This document shows, one piece after another, positions 56,363-64,000 of a stretch of DNA of 64,000 nucleotides. Within the stretch, counting starts at the first letter, position 1; every line of letters begins with the position of its first letter. Origin of the DNA: a virus. The notes beneath the pieces are model-generated. The model worked only from the letters and a program-made list of their open reading frames with translations, searched no databases and was not told the DNA's origin. The DNA is taken from positions 1-64,000 of IMG/VR virus record IMGVR_UViG_3300042311_001406; one strand, given 5' to 3'. The position numbers and the translations under genes were made by a program.

Positions 56363-59200
56363 ATGACGACACTCTTCAACGACGATGACGACGACAGCTT
56401 CTTTGACATCGTCAACATCACGGCGAAGGCAGCTGTGAACAACGCCGCCGCCGCCAAGAAGACGGAGCCCGCAGCAAAGGCGTCGTCATACGGAGACGCG
56501 AAACCCAACAAGGGCAACGAAGCATCGCAAGCCATGACGCGACTCGTCGCCACGATCCCCGGTATCCGCGCGATGCCTGTGCGTGATCGACTGCCATTCA
56601 TTGAAGGATGGGCATCAGAGGCGTTCTGGTCGAAGCCGATGCCTGAACTCATGGAGCAGTGGCAGAAGGAATACGGAAACGACATCGACTACGCCTTCGT
56701 GCTTGGCGATCACTGCGGCCAGGACAGCGGTGACCTCGTCCTCGAAGCCGACAACGAAGCCGGTGAACAGTGGCTGCGCGAGAACGCGCCTGCGACACCG
56801 ACGATGGTGAGCACGCGTCGCGGTTTCAACCACCGCCACTATCGCATCGACATGGCCGGACGCGGCAACCGCATCGACATCTTTGGCAGCGTCAAGAAGC
56901 ACAAGAAGGCGGCCCTGGACGCCGGCTTCAAGGTTGAACTTCCGCGTGGCCGCAAGGCCACCGAAGAAGAGCGCGCCGCACGCGACAGCGAGATGGCGAA
57001 GGCGTTGGCTGCCATCCCGATGGGGCCAGTCATCGACCTGAAGTGCAACGGCGGCCAGGCCATGGCGCCAGGCGGGCGCAACAGCAAGACGCCGAACTTC
57101 CGCTACGAAGAAGTCGGCGGCCTGTGGACGATCGACATGTGGCGCGCGCGTCCCGTGTTCGACCCGAAGTGGTTCCCTGATAGCGTCTGGGCTCGTGAGC
57201 TGGCTGCCGACACGCAGCAAGGCTCGCACGCCAGCTACGACGTCGAATACTGGACCCTGGACCGTCGGGTCTCTGCGGCGATGCGGTACGCGGCCAACAT
57301 GAAGCCGACGGTGAGTGGCGAGGGTGCGCACAGCTCGTTCTTGCGGAACGCCATCCTCATTGTGCGCGGCTTCGACCTCGACGTGCAGTCCGGTCGTCGC
57401 GTGCTCACGTATTGGGGCCAACAGGTCTGTGCGCACGAACCCTGGAGCACCAAGGAGATCGAACACAAGCTCGAATCAGCACTGCAGCAGGGCAAGGAAC
57501 CGATGGGGTTCAAGCTTGCTGCTCGTCGTGGCGATGAGACTGTTGGTGAACGGTACGCGGCCATGATGCGTGCCATGGCCAACGACAGCATGACCGCTGA
57601 ACTCGAAGGCGACCTCATCAGCGAGGTCATGAACGACGCGGCTCCCACCTATCGCAGCGAAGGCAGCGAGGACCAGGACGATGGCACTGTCGATCCGTTC
57701 GACATGTCACCAGTCGAGGTGCCAGCGGCGTCGCCAGCCAGTGCTCTGGCCTCGCAACTCCCGCAGACGACGCCGATGTTTGGTCCCGGCTCTGGGGCGG
57801 CGACGGCAACCAAGATGACGGTGGCGGCTCGTGCGGCCGGCGCCAGCGACGCGGCGCATGGTGCCAGCGACATCGCCGACAGCGAGCGCCAAGTGCTGGC
57901 CGAGCTCGGCATGGACATCGCCGACATCCTCAGCAACCCGAAGATTGGCGTCATCTACAAGCGCATCGAAGGGAAGGTCGTTCGCCTGCCGCCGACGACG
58001 CTGAATCTGGCTCAGTTCCTGATGCACAGTCGCATGTTCAAAGGGCGGCTCCGCAAGAACCTGATGAACCATGAGATGGAGTTCGACAACGTCGGCCTGG
58101 AGAGCATTCACACGCTGAAGACGACGATCGATACGCTGTTCCAGGAAGACGTGCCAAAGGAACGCATCGAGGATTCTCTGGAGACTGTTGGTCTGTACTG
58201 CCGGTATGACCCCAGCCTTGAAGAGTTCGAGAAGCTCCCGCCGTGGGACGGCGAAGAACGGCTGATGCGTGTGGCCGGTGAAGTGCTGCCAGTTGAATCG
58301 GCGAGCCTGTACCTCTCAAAGGTCAAGATGGCGAAATCCATCATGGCGATGGTGGCCCGCACACTTGATCCTGGCTGCAAAGTCGACACGATTCCGATCT
58401 TCATCGGCAAGCAGGGTGCCCGGAAATCGTCGTTCTGGGAGATGCTGGCTGGGCCAAAGTTCTTCTCGGACACCGCAATGCAGAACATCGGCGGCCGTGA
58501 CGAGATGTGGCTCATCTCCAGGTTCCGGGTCATCGAGATTCCTGAGATCGACGGCATGTACTCGAAGCACCAGAACGCGCAGATGAAGGCCTTCTTCTCG
58601 AAGCGACGGGATGACTACCGTCTCCCGTACGCCCGTCGCATGGTCAGCGTGGCGCGACGCAGCATCATGGTCGGCACCACGAACGAGCACGAGATTCTGA
58701 GCGACCCCACCGGCAGCCGTCGGTATTGGCCGATTCCCACCATCGGCAAGGCCCGCCTGGACCTTCTCGGGAAGTGGCGCGACCAGCTGCTGGCGGAGGC
58801 GATTCACAAGGTCTCGGCCCACCTCGTAGCCAAAGCCGCGGGACGTGAAGAGTCAAAAGAGTACAAGGAAGGCATGTGGTGGCTCGATGACCAACAAGAC
58901 GAGGAACGCTCCAAAGACAACCTGAAATACCAAGAAGACGACCCATGGCGGCCAGCGATCGAGGAGTTCCTGCGCCCCATGACACCTGACCACAAGTTCC
59001 AGGTGGCCGACGTTATCGACTACCTCAAGCTGCCGATTGACCGAGTCGCGCGCCGAGACAGCATCAGAATTGCGAACATCCTGAACAATCTCTCCTGCCG
59101 ACGCTTCAACGAGGGAAGACCAACGACCGTCGACAAAAAAAATGGGCGCTGGTGGGAGCCGCCAGCAAGCCAAGACCCTTTGGCGAGCACGGAAGAATAG
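56363..59200 (+). CDS. Primase-helicase (Prim-Pol, PriCT-like and VirE/VapE P-loop domains)
   Basis: LVLEAD, STRRGFNHRHY, IDLK..GG.A.APG; PWS..EIEHKL; PGCKVD...GKQGARKSS, TTNE...DPTGSRRYWP. Confidence 0.88.
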   Translation: MTTLFNDDDDDSFFDIVNITAKAAVNNAAAAKKTEPAAKASSYGDAKPNKGNEASQAMTRLVATIPGIRAMPVRDRLPFIEGWASEAFWSKPMPELMEQWQKEYGNDIDYAFVLGDHCGQDSGDLVLEADNEAGEQWLRENAPATPTMVSTRRGFNHRHYRIDMAGRGNRIDIFGSVKKHKKAALDAGFKVELPRGRKATEEERAARDSEMAKALAAIPMGPVIDLKCNGGQAMAPGGRNSKTPNFRYEEVGGLWTIDMWRARPVFDPKWFPDSVWARELAADTQQGSHASYDVEYWTLDRRVSAAMRYAANMKPTVSGEGAHSSFLRNAILIVRGFDLDVQSGRRVLTYWGQQVCAHEPWSTKEIEHKLESALQQGKEPMGFKLAARRGDETVGERYAAMMRAMANDSMTAELEGDLISEVMNDAAPTYRSEGSEDQDDGTVDPFDMSPVEVPAASPASALASQLPQTTPMFGPGSGAATATKMTVAARAAGASDAAHGASDIADSERQVLAELGMDIADILSNPKIGVIYKRIEGKVVRLPPTTLNLAQFLMHSRMFKGRLRKNLMNHEMEFDNVGLESIHTLKTTIDTLFQEDVPKERIEDSLETVGLYCRYDPSLEEFEKLPPWDGEERLMRVAGEVLPVESASLYLSKVKMAKSIMAMVARTLDPGCKVDTIPIFIGKQGARKSSFWEMLAGPKFFSDTAMQNIGGRDEMWLISRFRVIEIPEIDGMYSKHQNAQMKAFFSKRRDDYRLPYARRMVSVARRSIMVGTTNEHEILSDPTGSRRYWPIPTIGKARLDLLGKWRDQLLAEAIHKVSAHLVAKAAGREESKEYKEGMWWLDDQQDEERSKDNLKYQEDDPWRPAIEEFLRPMTPDHKFQVADVIDYLKLPIDRVARRDSIRIANILNNLSCRRFNEGRPTTVDKKNGRWWEPPASQDPLASTEE

Positions 59201-59217
59201 AAATCTTTGAAGTCAAA

Positions 59218-59244
59218 AGCCACCTTCGGGTGGCTCTTTTTTTT
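59218..59244 (+). terminator. Rho-independent terminator
   Basis: AGCCACC-TTCG-GGTGGCT, then C and a T8 run. Confidence 0.88.
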
Positions 59245-59437
59245 CTTTAGCTTGACTTTTTTCTTTGAATAGAAAAATTTTGACCAATAGAAATATCTGC
59301 AGAGCCTAAAATATTTCTATTCAAAGTTTCACTTCTTTTAGTTCAGCGATTTCTTTGAGTTCAGGCTCCGCAGTTCAAAGAAGTTGCCGGAATTTATTTG
59401 AATCGATAATGTATAGTGAGAAAAAAAAGTGACAAAC

Positions 59438-60155
59438 AAAAGTCAGTCACTTTTCCATGTATACAGTTTTGCTGGGAGCGGTTTTCATGGCTTCAGGATG
59501 CGGCGGCCAACGACGTCGTCGCGCAGTGATCGATGCAAATATACTCTGTAGGAAAAACGCGTTAACAAAAGTCAGTCACTTTTTCAGTCACTAGCTGTGA
59601 AATCAAGGACTTACGCCCGGAATCGGCGCGACCTGAAGCCGCGAACCACTGTCATGATAAAAGTCAGTCACTTCCTTGTAAGTCCTTGTGGCGCCTTCTC
59701 TTTTCCCTCTCTTTTTTCCTTTAGTGACTGAAAATCAGAAAATAGAAACTTTTCGGAGTCGGAGAAAAGCACGGTCGGTCTGCTGGTGCGGCGCACGCGG
59801 GAGTGCTGGCCGGTCCCTGGCTCTGGCGCTGGGCTGGGAAACTTGTTGAATTTCTGAAAAGTCAGTCACTTTTTTAAATTTGCAGCGAATTCCGTTGGCG
59901 CCACAAGGACTTACAAGGAAATGACGAACTTAAAGTAAGGCACTGGGTCGACGGTTCACGGAAGGTCAACTTCCGGCGTAAGTCCTTGATTTTACAGCTA
60001 GTGACTGAAAAAGTGACTGAGAAGTGACAGAGATGAAATCCTACACAGTAAAGTGAACGAGTGTTCTCGTTTTGACGCCGCGTCCGGAAGCCATCCCACG
60101 GCCCCGCGTGCGCACAACAATGGCCGCAAACCCCCGAAAAAAGTCAGTCACTTTT
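59438..60155. repeat. Nine TCAGTCAC cores (extended form AAAAGTCAGTCACTTTT) within a large imperfect palindrome
   Basis: Plus-orientation cores at 59443, 59572, 59584, 59664, 59862, 60144; minus-orientation at 59724, 60001, 60013. Confidence 0.9.
59601..59613 (+). promoter_or_regulatory. IHF consensus site (mirror copy at 59979..59991)
   Basis: AATCAAGGACTTA matches WATCAANNNNTTR. Confidence 0.55.
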
Positions 60156-60220
60156 TTGAGCAGTATATATTTTGGGCAAATTCAGATTCTGGCGTTTTCT
60201 TTGAGTTCAGAACGACACGT

Positions 60221-60245
60221 AAAAAAAGCGGCACGGAGCCGCTTT
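60221..60245 (-). terminator. Terminator-like hairpin
   Basis: AAAGCGGC-ACGGA-GCCGCTTT with an A7 run on the left. Confidence 0.55.
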
Positions 60246-60402
60246 CATCACGAAGCACGCCTGAGCGCTTCAAACCCTGTGAGGGGTTCAGCGCTTTGGC
60301 GGCTTCGTGATGGCTGTCAGGACGTCATCAAGCATGGACATGTGGAACTCCGGAATCTGAGAGGGGGCGCGGCGACCAGCTGTTGGCCGCCTGCTTGTGG
60401 AT

Positions 60403-60470
60403 AAAAAAAACCATCCACCCTGCACCCACCCAGTCCATTGCTGGACCAGATGGGTACAGAGCGAATGGCT
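60403..60470 (-). terminator. Very long terminator hairpin (29 bp, GCAA loop, U-tract)
   Basis: Uninterrupted 29-bp helix on the minus strand with 8 G-U pairs. Confidence 0.8.
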
Positions 60471-60519
60471 GCCCTTGGCCAGGCGCCCTGGGTCAACCAG
60501 GGCGTGGCCAGGAGCGAGC

Positions 60520-61545
60520 TCAGGCCTTGGTCACCGCCGAGGCGGCGGCCAGCTCGGCTGCGGCCTGCTGCTGCACCGTTGCGTTGAGGGCCGGGAGGCT
60601 CTTCATCACCGCGGTCATGGCTGCCTCGACCGCAGCCGCCGTGGCGCGCGCCACGATGGCTTCGATGTCCGGCTGGTTGGCCTTGGCGGCTTCGAGTGCG
60701 GCCGTGGTCGCAATCGTCACGGCCTGCTCGATGTCACGGCTGTGGGACTTGACCTGGCCCATGGCCGCCTCGACTGCCGCCGTCGAGACTTCACGAGCGG
60801 CAGCCACGGTCTCGTTCTTGAGGCGGGTGGTGAAGCCTGCCTCCGCGCCGTAGTACAGACCGTCGCGCTGCTTCTGCTGGCGCACCACGCGGCTGTACAT
60901 GTCCGAGCGCGCCAGGTAGCGCTCGTCGACGTACTTGATCAGCGTGTACCGCATCGACGCGTTCGTGTCGTAGACCGCCTTCTGGGTGCGGCTCGCACGC
61001 TCGAAGATCTGGCGGCGCATGCCGACACGACCAATCGTCGCGCCGGAATACACGTAGCAGAACGCAGCGATGAGGCTGTCGCCCTTGATGCCAAGTTCCG
61101 TGGCGATCTTGCGCATGTCCTCATTGAGGCCACCACGGATCGCGCTGTTGTTGAGCTGGGCCGGGGCATCCATCTCGATGACGTCAGCCACCGAGCGGAT
61201 CTGCTCAATGGTGCTGTCGATGTTCGAGTCCACGAGGAACTCTTCGACCTTGGTCACTTCGAGACGGGCGATCATCGAGAGGAACGCGTCGACGTCGGGA
61301 ACGAAGTGACGCACTTCGGCCTTGTTCTCGATGAGCATGGCGAGCGTTTCTTCGGCATCGCGCAGTGCAGCGTCTTCCGGCATCTTGATCTTGCCGCCCT
61401 CACGCAAAGCAGTCGACAGGCGACCGCCGTGGATGCGCTTGGTGTCCTCAAGGAACTGCTTGTCGGCGCGAGCTTCAGGGCTCGTGCTGCCGAGGATGGC
61501 GGTGGTGACGAAGTTGTTGAGCTTGCGGGTGATGGTGCTGGTCAT
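60520..61545 (-). CDS. Hypothetical protein (341 aa) with Ala-rich helical C-terminus, probably early
   Basis: Strong codon bias, own promoter and terminator. Confidence 0.8.
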   Translation of the reverse strand: MTSTITRKLNNFVTTAILGSTSPEARADKQFLEDTKRIHGGRLSTALREGGKIKMPEDAALRDAEETLAMLIENKAEVRHFVPDVDAFLSMIARLEVTKVEEFLVDSNIDSTIEQIRSVADVIEMDAPAQLNNSAIRGGLNEDMRKIATELGIKGDSLIAAFCYVYSGATIGRVGMRRQIFERASRTQKAVYDTNASMRYTLIKYVDERYLARSDMYSRVVRQQKQRDGLYYGAEAGFTTRLKNETVAAAREVSTAAVEAAMGQVKSHSRDIEQAVTIATTAALEAAKANQPDIEAIVARATAAAVEAAMTAVMKSLPALNATVQQQAAAELAAASAVTKA

Positions 61546-61618
61546 GGTGTTGTCTCTTTCTTTCTGTCAGGCGATCAGTGGGTTACGAGAGAAGCGATCG
61601 CCATATTGATCTTCTCTC

Positions 61619-61652
61619 TACTATATTATACCGCATTTTAGGCGGTATTTTC
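61619..61652 (-). promoter_or_regulatory. Phage promoter motif GAAAA-N14-CGGTATAATATAGTA
   Basis: Shared with 62341..62374 at identical spacing. Confidence 0.75.
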
Positions 61653-61851
61653 ACGATCCAAACGTGTCATACCCGCGGAATGCGGGGTTACACTCAATTT
61701 CTCTGTCTTCAGATGAACCGCTGCCAATGCAGATGTTCAGCCGCCTGGTGGCGTGCCGTTTCCTGTCGATGGCATCCTGACGCTGCAGTTCATCCCTCGT
61801 GTCTCCAGCGGCCAAGTGGAGATCGACGAGCAGGATCATCAACTCATCCAT
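61651..61851 (-). CDS. Small hypothetical protein (66 aa)
   Basis: AGGAG SD, MDELMILLVD... Confidence 0.5.
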   Translation of the reverse strand: MDELMILLVDLHLAAGDTRDELQRQDAIDRKRHATRRLNICIGSGSSEDREIECNPAFRGYDTFGS

Positions 61852-61861
61852 CTGCACGCTC

Positions 61862-62302
61862 CTAGAAGCTGTCGAGGCACAGGCTCTCAGACTCGAAGTA
61901 TCTGTCGCAGACACCATCAAGATCCACTGGGATCTCGAAGCCGTTTTTACCGCAGAACCCGTAGTGGTTCAGGCAGGAGACAGCCTCATAGGTCTCGGCG
62001 TCACACGGGTTGTCGACGAAGTAGTCGTTGTCGGCGCACACCTCGGCAGCCTCGCTCTTCGTCAGGCCGCCATCACACATGGCCTCCTTGACGCAGAGGT
62101 CATGGTTGACGGTGTCGCGCGACAGCCAGGTGATGGGACCTTTGGCTTCATTCGCGCGGTACACGACCTCGACGTCAGGCTCTTGGGTGCAGCCAGTGAG
62201 GCTGGACATCGCAAAGAGGCCGAGCGCTGCGACCCCGAAGACGACGGTGCCATAGGTGGCACCAAAGGCAAAGCACTTCAGGCATTGTTTATTCGTGATC
62301 AT
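61862..62302 (-). CDS. Cys-rich putative lipoprotein/exported protein
   Basis: Hydrophobic segment then LTG-C; multiple Cys; AAGGGG SD. Confidence 0.65.
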   Translation of the reverse strand: MITNKQCLKCFAFGATYGTVVFGVAALGLFAMSSLTGCTQEPDVEVVYRANEAKGPITWLSRDTVNHDLCVKEAMCDGGLTKSEAAEVCADNDYFVDNPCDAETYEAVSCLNHYGFCGKNGFEIPVDLDGVCDRYFESESLCLDSF

Positions 62303-62340
62303 TGGAGCCCCTTAATGAGCACCGGAATGGTTGCTCTTGT

Positions 62341-62374
62341 TACTATTTTATACCGTGAAATGGAGCCGCTTTTC
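62341..62374 (-). promoter_or_regulatory. Phage promoter motif GAAAA-N14-CGGTATAAAATAGTA
   Basis: Shared with 61619..61652. Confidence 0.75.
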
Positions 62375-62415
62375 ATGGTCTACCCCTTGGCCCTGTCGAC
62401 GTGTAGACTTCGCGC

Positions 62416-64000
62416 ATGAGCATCCAGCACGCGTCCTCGACCTTCGACAGCGTCAAGCGCAACCTCGTGGAACACCTCACGAGCTTGTTCCCTCTGGAGA
62501 GCGAGGGTCGAACGTTGCGGCTCACTGGCCCAATCGTGGTCGATGATCGACTGGCGATGGATGACTACGAGGGGCAGCGCGCGGCTCGTACGGCCGGGAA
62601 GTCGTGGACGGTGCCCGTCAAAGCGCCGTTGGAACTCCTGAAGGGCGACCGGGTCATCGACCGGAAGACGGTCAAGCTGCTCGACCTGCCACGTCTGACC
62701 AACCGCGGCTCGTACATCGTTGGCGGCACCGAATACATGTTCCCAGCCCAGAAGCGCCTGCGCTCTGGCGTCTACGTGCGCACCCGCGGCGACGGCACCA
62801 CCGAGGCCATGTTCAACCTCAAGAAGGGCCGCAACTTCTCGGTGGCGATGCACCCGTCGAAAGGGAACTTCGTCATCGAGATCGCGACGACCACGACGCT
62901 GCCGCTCTACCCGCTCCTGCGTGCACTCGGTGTCGAAGACAGCGAGATGGTGAAAGCCTGGGGCCGTGAAGTGTTCACGGCGAACCACATGGTCGAAAGC
63001 AGCGACGCCTACAAGAAGGCACAGCAGCGCATCTTCGACTTGATCTCGTACAACGATCGTCGGGAAGACGCTCAGGTCCCACAGCCCGCAGACATGAACG
63101 CCGCCATCCGTGACAAGATCGGCGAGTCGTCGTGGGATGGCGACAACGTCGAGCTGACTCTCGGCTTCAAGACCGCGGGTCTCGACGGACCCAGCCTCTT
63201 GGCCGCCGCCACGAAGTTGCTCCAGGTGAACCGCAACGAGGCCAAGGAAGACAACCGTGAGTCGCTGATCCACAGCGACATCGTCGACTTGAGCGACTAC
63301 ATCGTCGAGCGCTACAACGACCGCCAGTTCCGTGGCCGCCTGCAGCGCCAGCTTGCCCGCATGGTGGGCAATGCCGACACCGTGACCGACGCGATCCCGC
63401 GTGACGCTTTCCAGCGCCCTGTGAACTCGCTGATGACCGAGGCCGCCATCAGCCGCAGCCCGAACCAGGGCAACCCGCTTGGCATTATGAGCGACTACAC
63501 CGCAGTCACGGTTCGCGGTGAAGGTGGCATCGAGAGCGACCATGCGCTGACGCGTGGCGTGCGCGCGCTCGACCCCAGCCACCTCGGCTTTCTGGACCCA
63601 GCCCACACGCCTGAAGGCGCCCAGATCGGCACGACCCTGCACTTGGCTGCCGGTACCCGCAAGAAGGGCCGCACCTTGGTGACCGACGTGTGGAACTTCC
63701 GCAGCAAGTCTCTCATGGAGGCGACGCCGATCGACATCCACAAGGGCGTCATCGCGTTCCCCGACTTCTTTGACGTCGTCAGCAAGCGGCTCAAGCCGGT
63801 CAATGGGAAGATCAAAGCCATGAAGGCTGGCGAGATCGTTGAGGTCTTGCCTGCAGAAGTCGACATGGCTTTCACGCTCCCAGAGCAGCTCTTCGACACC
63901 AACTCGCTCGCTGTTCCGTTCTTGAGCCACAACAACGGTGTGCGCTTGATGACGGCTGCCAAGATGGGTGTGCAAAGCAAGACCCTGGTGCACCGCGAGG
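62416..64000 (+). CDS. DNA-directed RNA polymerase beta-subunit homolog (phage-encoded), truncated at window end
   Basis: Not in ORF track. LPRLTNRGSYIVGGTEY...QKRLRSGVY; QGNPL...GEGG...VRALDPSHLGFLDPAHTPEGAQIG; VPFLSHNNGVRLMTAAKM. Confidence 0.93.
   Translation, partial: MSIQHASSTFDSVKRNLVEHLTSLFPLESEGRTLRLTGPIVVDDRLAMDDYEGQRAARTAGKSWTVPVKAPLELLKGDRVIDRKTVKLLDLPRLTNRGSYIVGGTEYMFPAQKRLRSGVYVRTRGDGTTEAMFNLKKGRNFSVAMHPSKGNFVIEIATTTTLPLYPLLRALGVEDSEMVKAWGREVFTANHMVESSDAYKKAQQRIFDLISYNDRREDAQVPQPADMNAAIRDKIGESSWDGDNVELTLGFKTAGLDGPSLLAAATKLLQVNRNEAKEDNRESLIHSDIVDLSDYIVERYNDRQFRGRLQRQLARMVGNADTVTDAIPRDAFQRPVNSLMTEAAISRSPNQGNPLGIMSDYTAVTVRGEGGIESDHALTRGVRALDPSHLGFLDPAHTPEGAQIGTTLHLAAGTRKKGRTLVTDVWNFRSKSLMEATPIDIHKGVIAFPDFFDVVSKRLKPVNGKIKAMKAGEIVEVLPAEVDMAFTLPEQLFDTNSLAVPFLSHNNGVRLMTAAKMGVQSKTLVHRE

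Larger units (their letters stand above)
59245..60230. other. AT-rich non-coding region, candidate replication origin
   Basis: Follows primase-helicase; nested inverted repeats centred near 59796; iteron-like repeats. Confidence 0.65.

Noticed and set aside
59487-60094. Giant palindrome as a single long ncRNA hairpin
   Set aside because: Arm differences include A-G and C-C mismatches and long unpaired spacers, not only G-U; fits DNA-level binding sites better, though RNA is not excluded
59438-60155. CRISPR array or tRNA cluster in the repeat-rich intergenic region
   Set aside because: Repeats are 8-17 bp, irregularly spaced and in both orientations; no cloverleaf or T-loop motifs and no cas genes
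62380-63993. 537-aa minus-strand ORF
   Set aside because: Antisense shadow of the RNAP beta gene, typical of high-GC codon bias
1-64000. Stop-codon reassignment as in some jumbo phages
   Set aside because: Genes are long and densely packed under the standard code, and TGA, TAG and TAA all end credible genes

Overview
A 64-kb segment of a large, high-GC (roughly 60-65%) tailed dsDNA phage genome, most likely a myovirus-like jumbo phage. It carries a bacterial-type multisubunit RNA polymerase beta gene (62416 to past the window end, absent from the ORF track), as described for multimeric-RNAP-encoding Caudovirales. From 3.8 to 48 kb is a tail/baseplate/fibre region: a G/GT-type chaperone with a canonical -1 slippery site, a tape measure protein, an M23-containing hub, gp25-like and J-like wedge proteins, and LamG and repeat-rich fibres. 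It is interrupted by a sigma-70-like factor, a DarG-like macrodomain, an H1-like protein, dCTP deaminase and a patatin/holin-like/MshEN-like trio. Next come basic modular proteins punctuated by a recurring K-x-A motif, a deoxynucleoside kinase, a class II ribonucleotide reductase with an HNH intein at the catalytic Cys, and a Prim-Pol/VirE primase-helicase. These are followed by a ~720-bp dyad-symmetric AT-rich region with iteron-like repeats and IHF consensus sites (candidate origin) and a small minus-strand cluster with a shared promoter motif. No CRISPR array, tRNA, rRNA, integrase or reverse transcriptase was recognised. All calls come from reading motifs by eye, without database searches.
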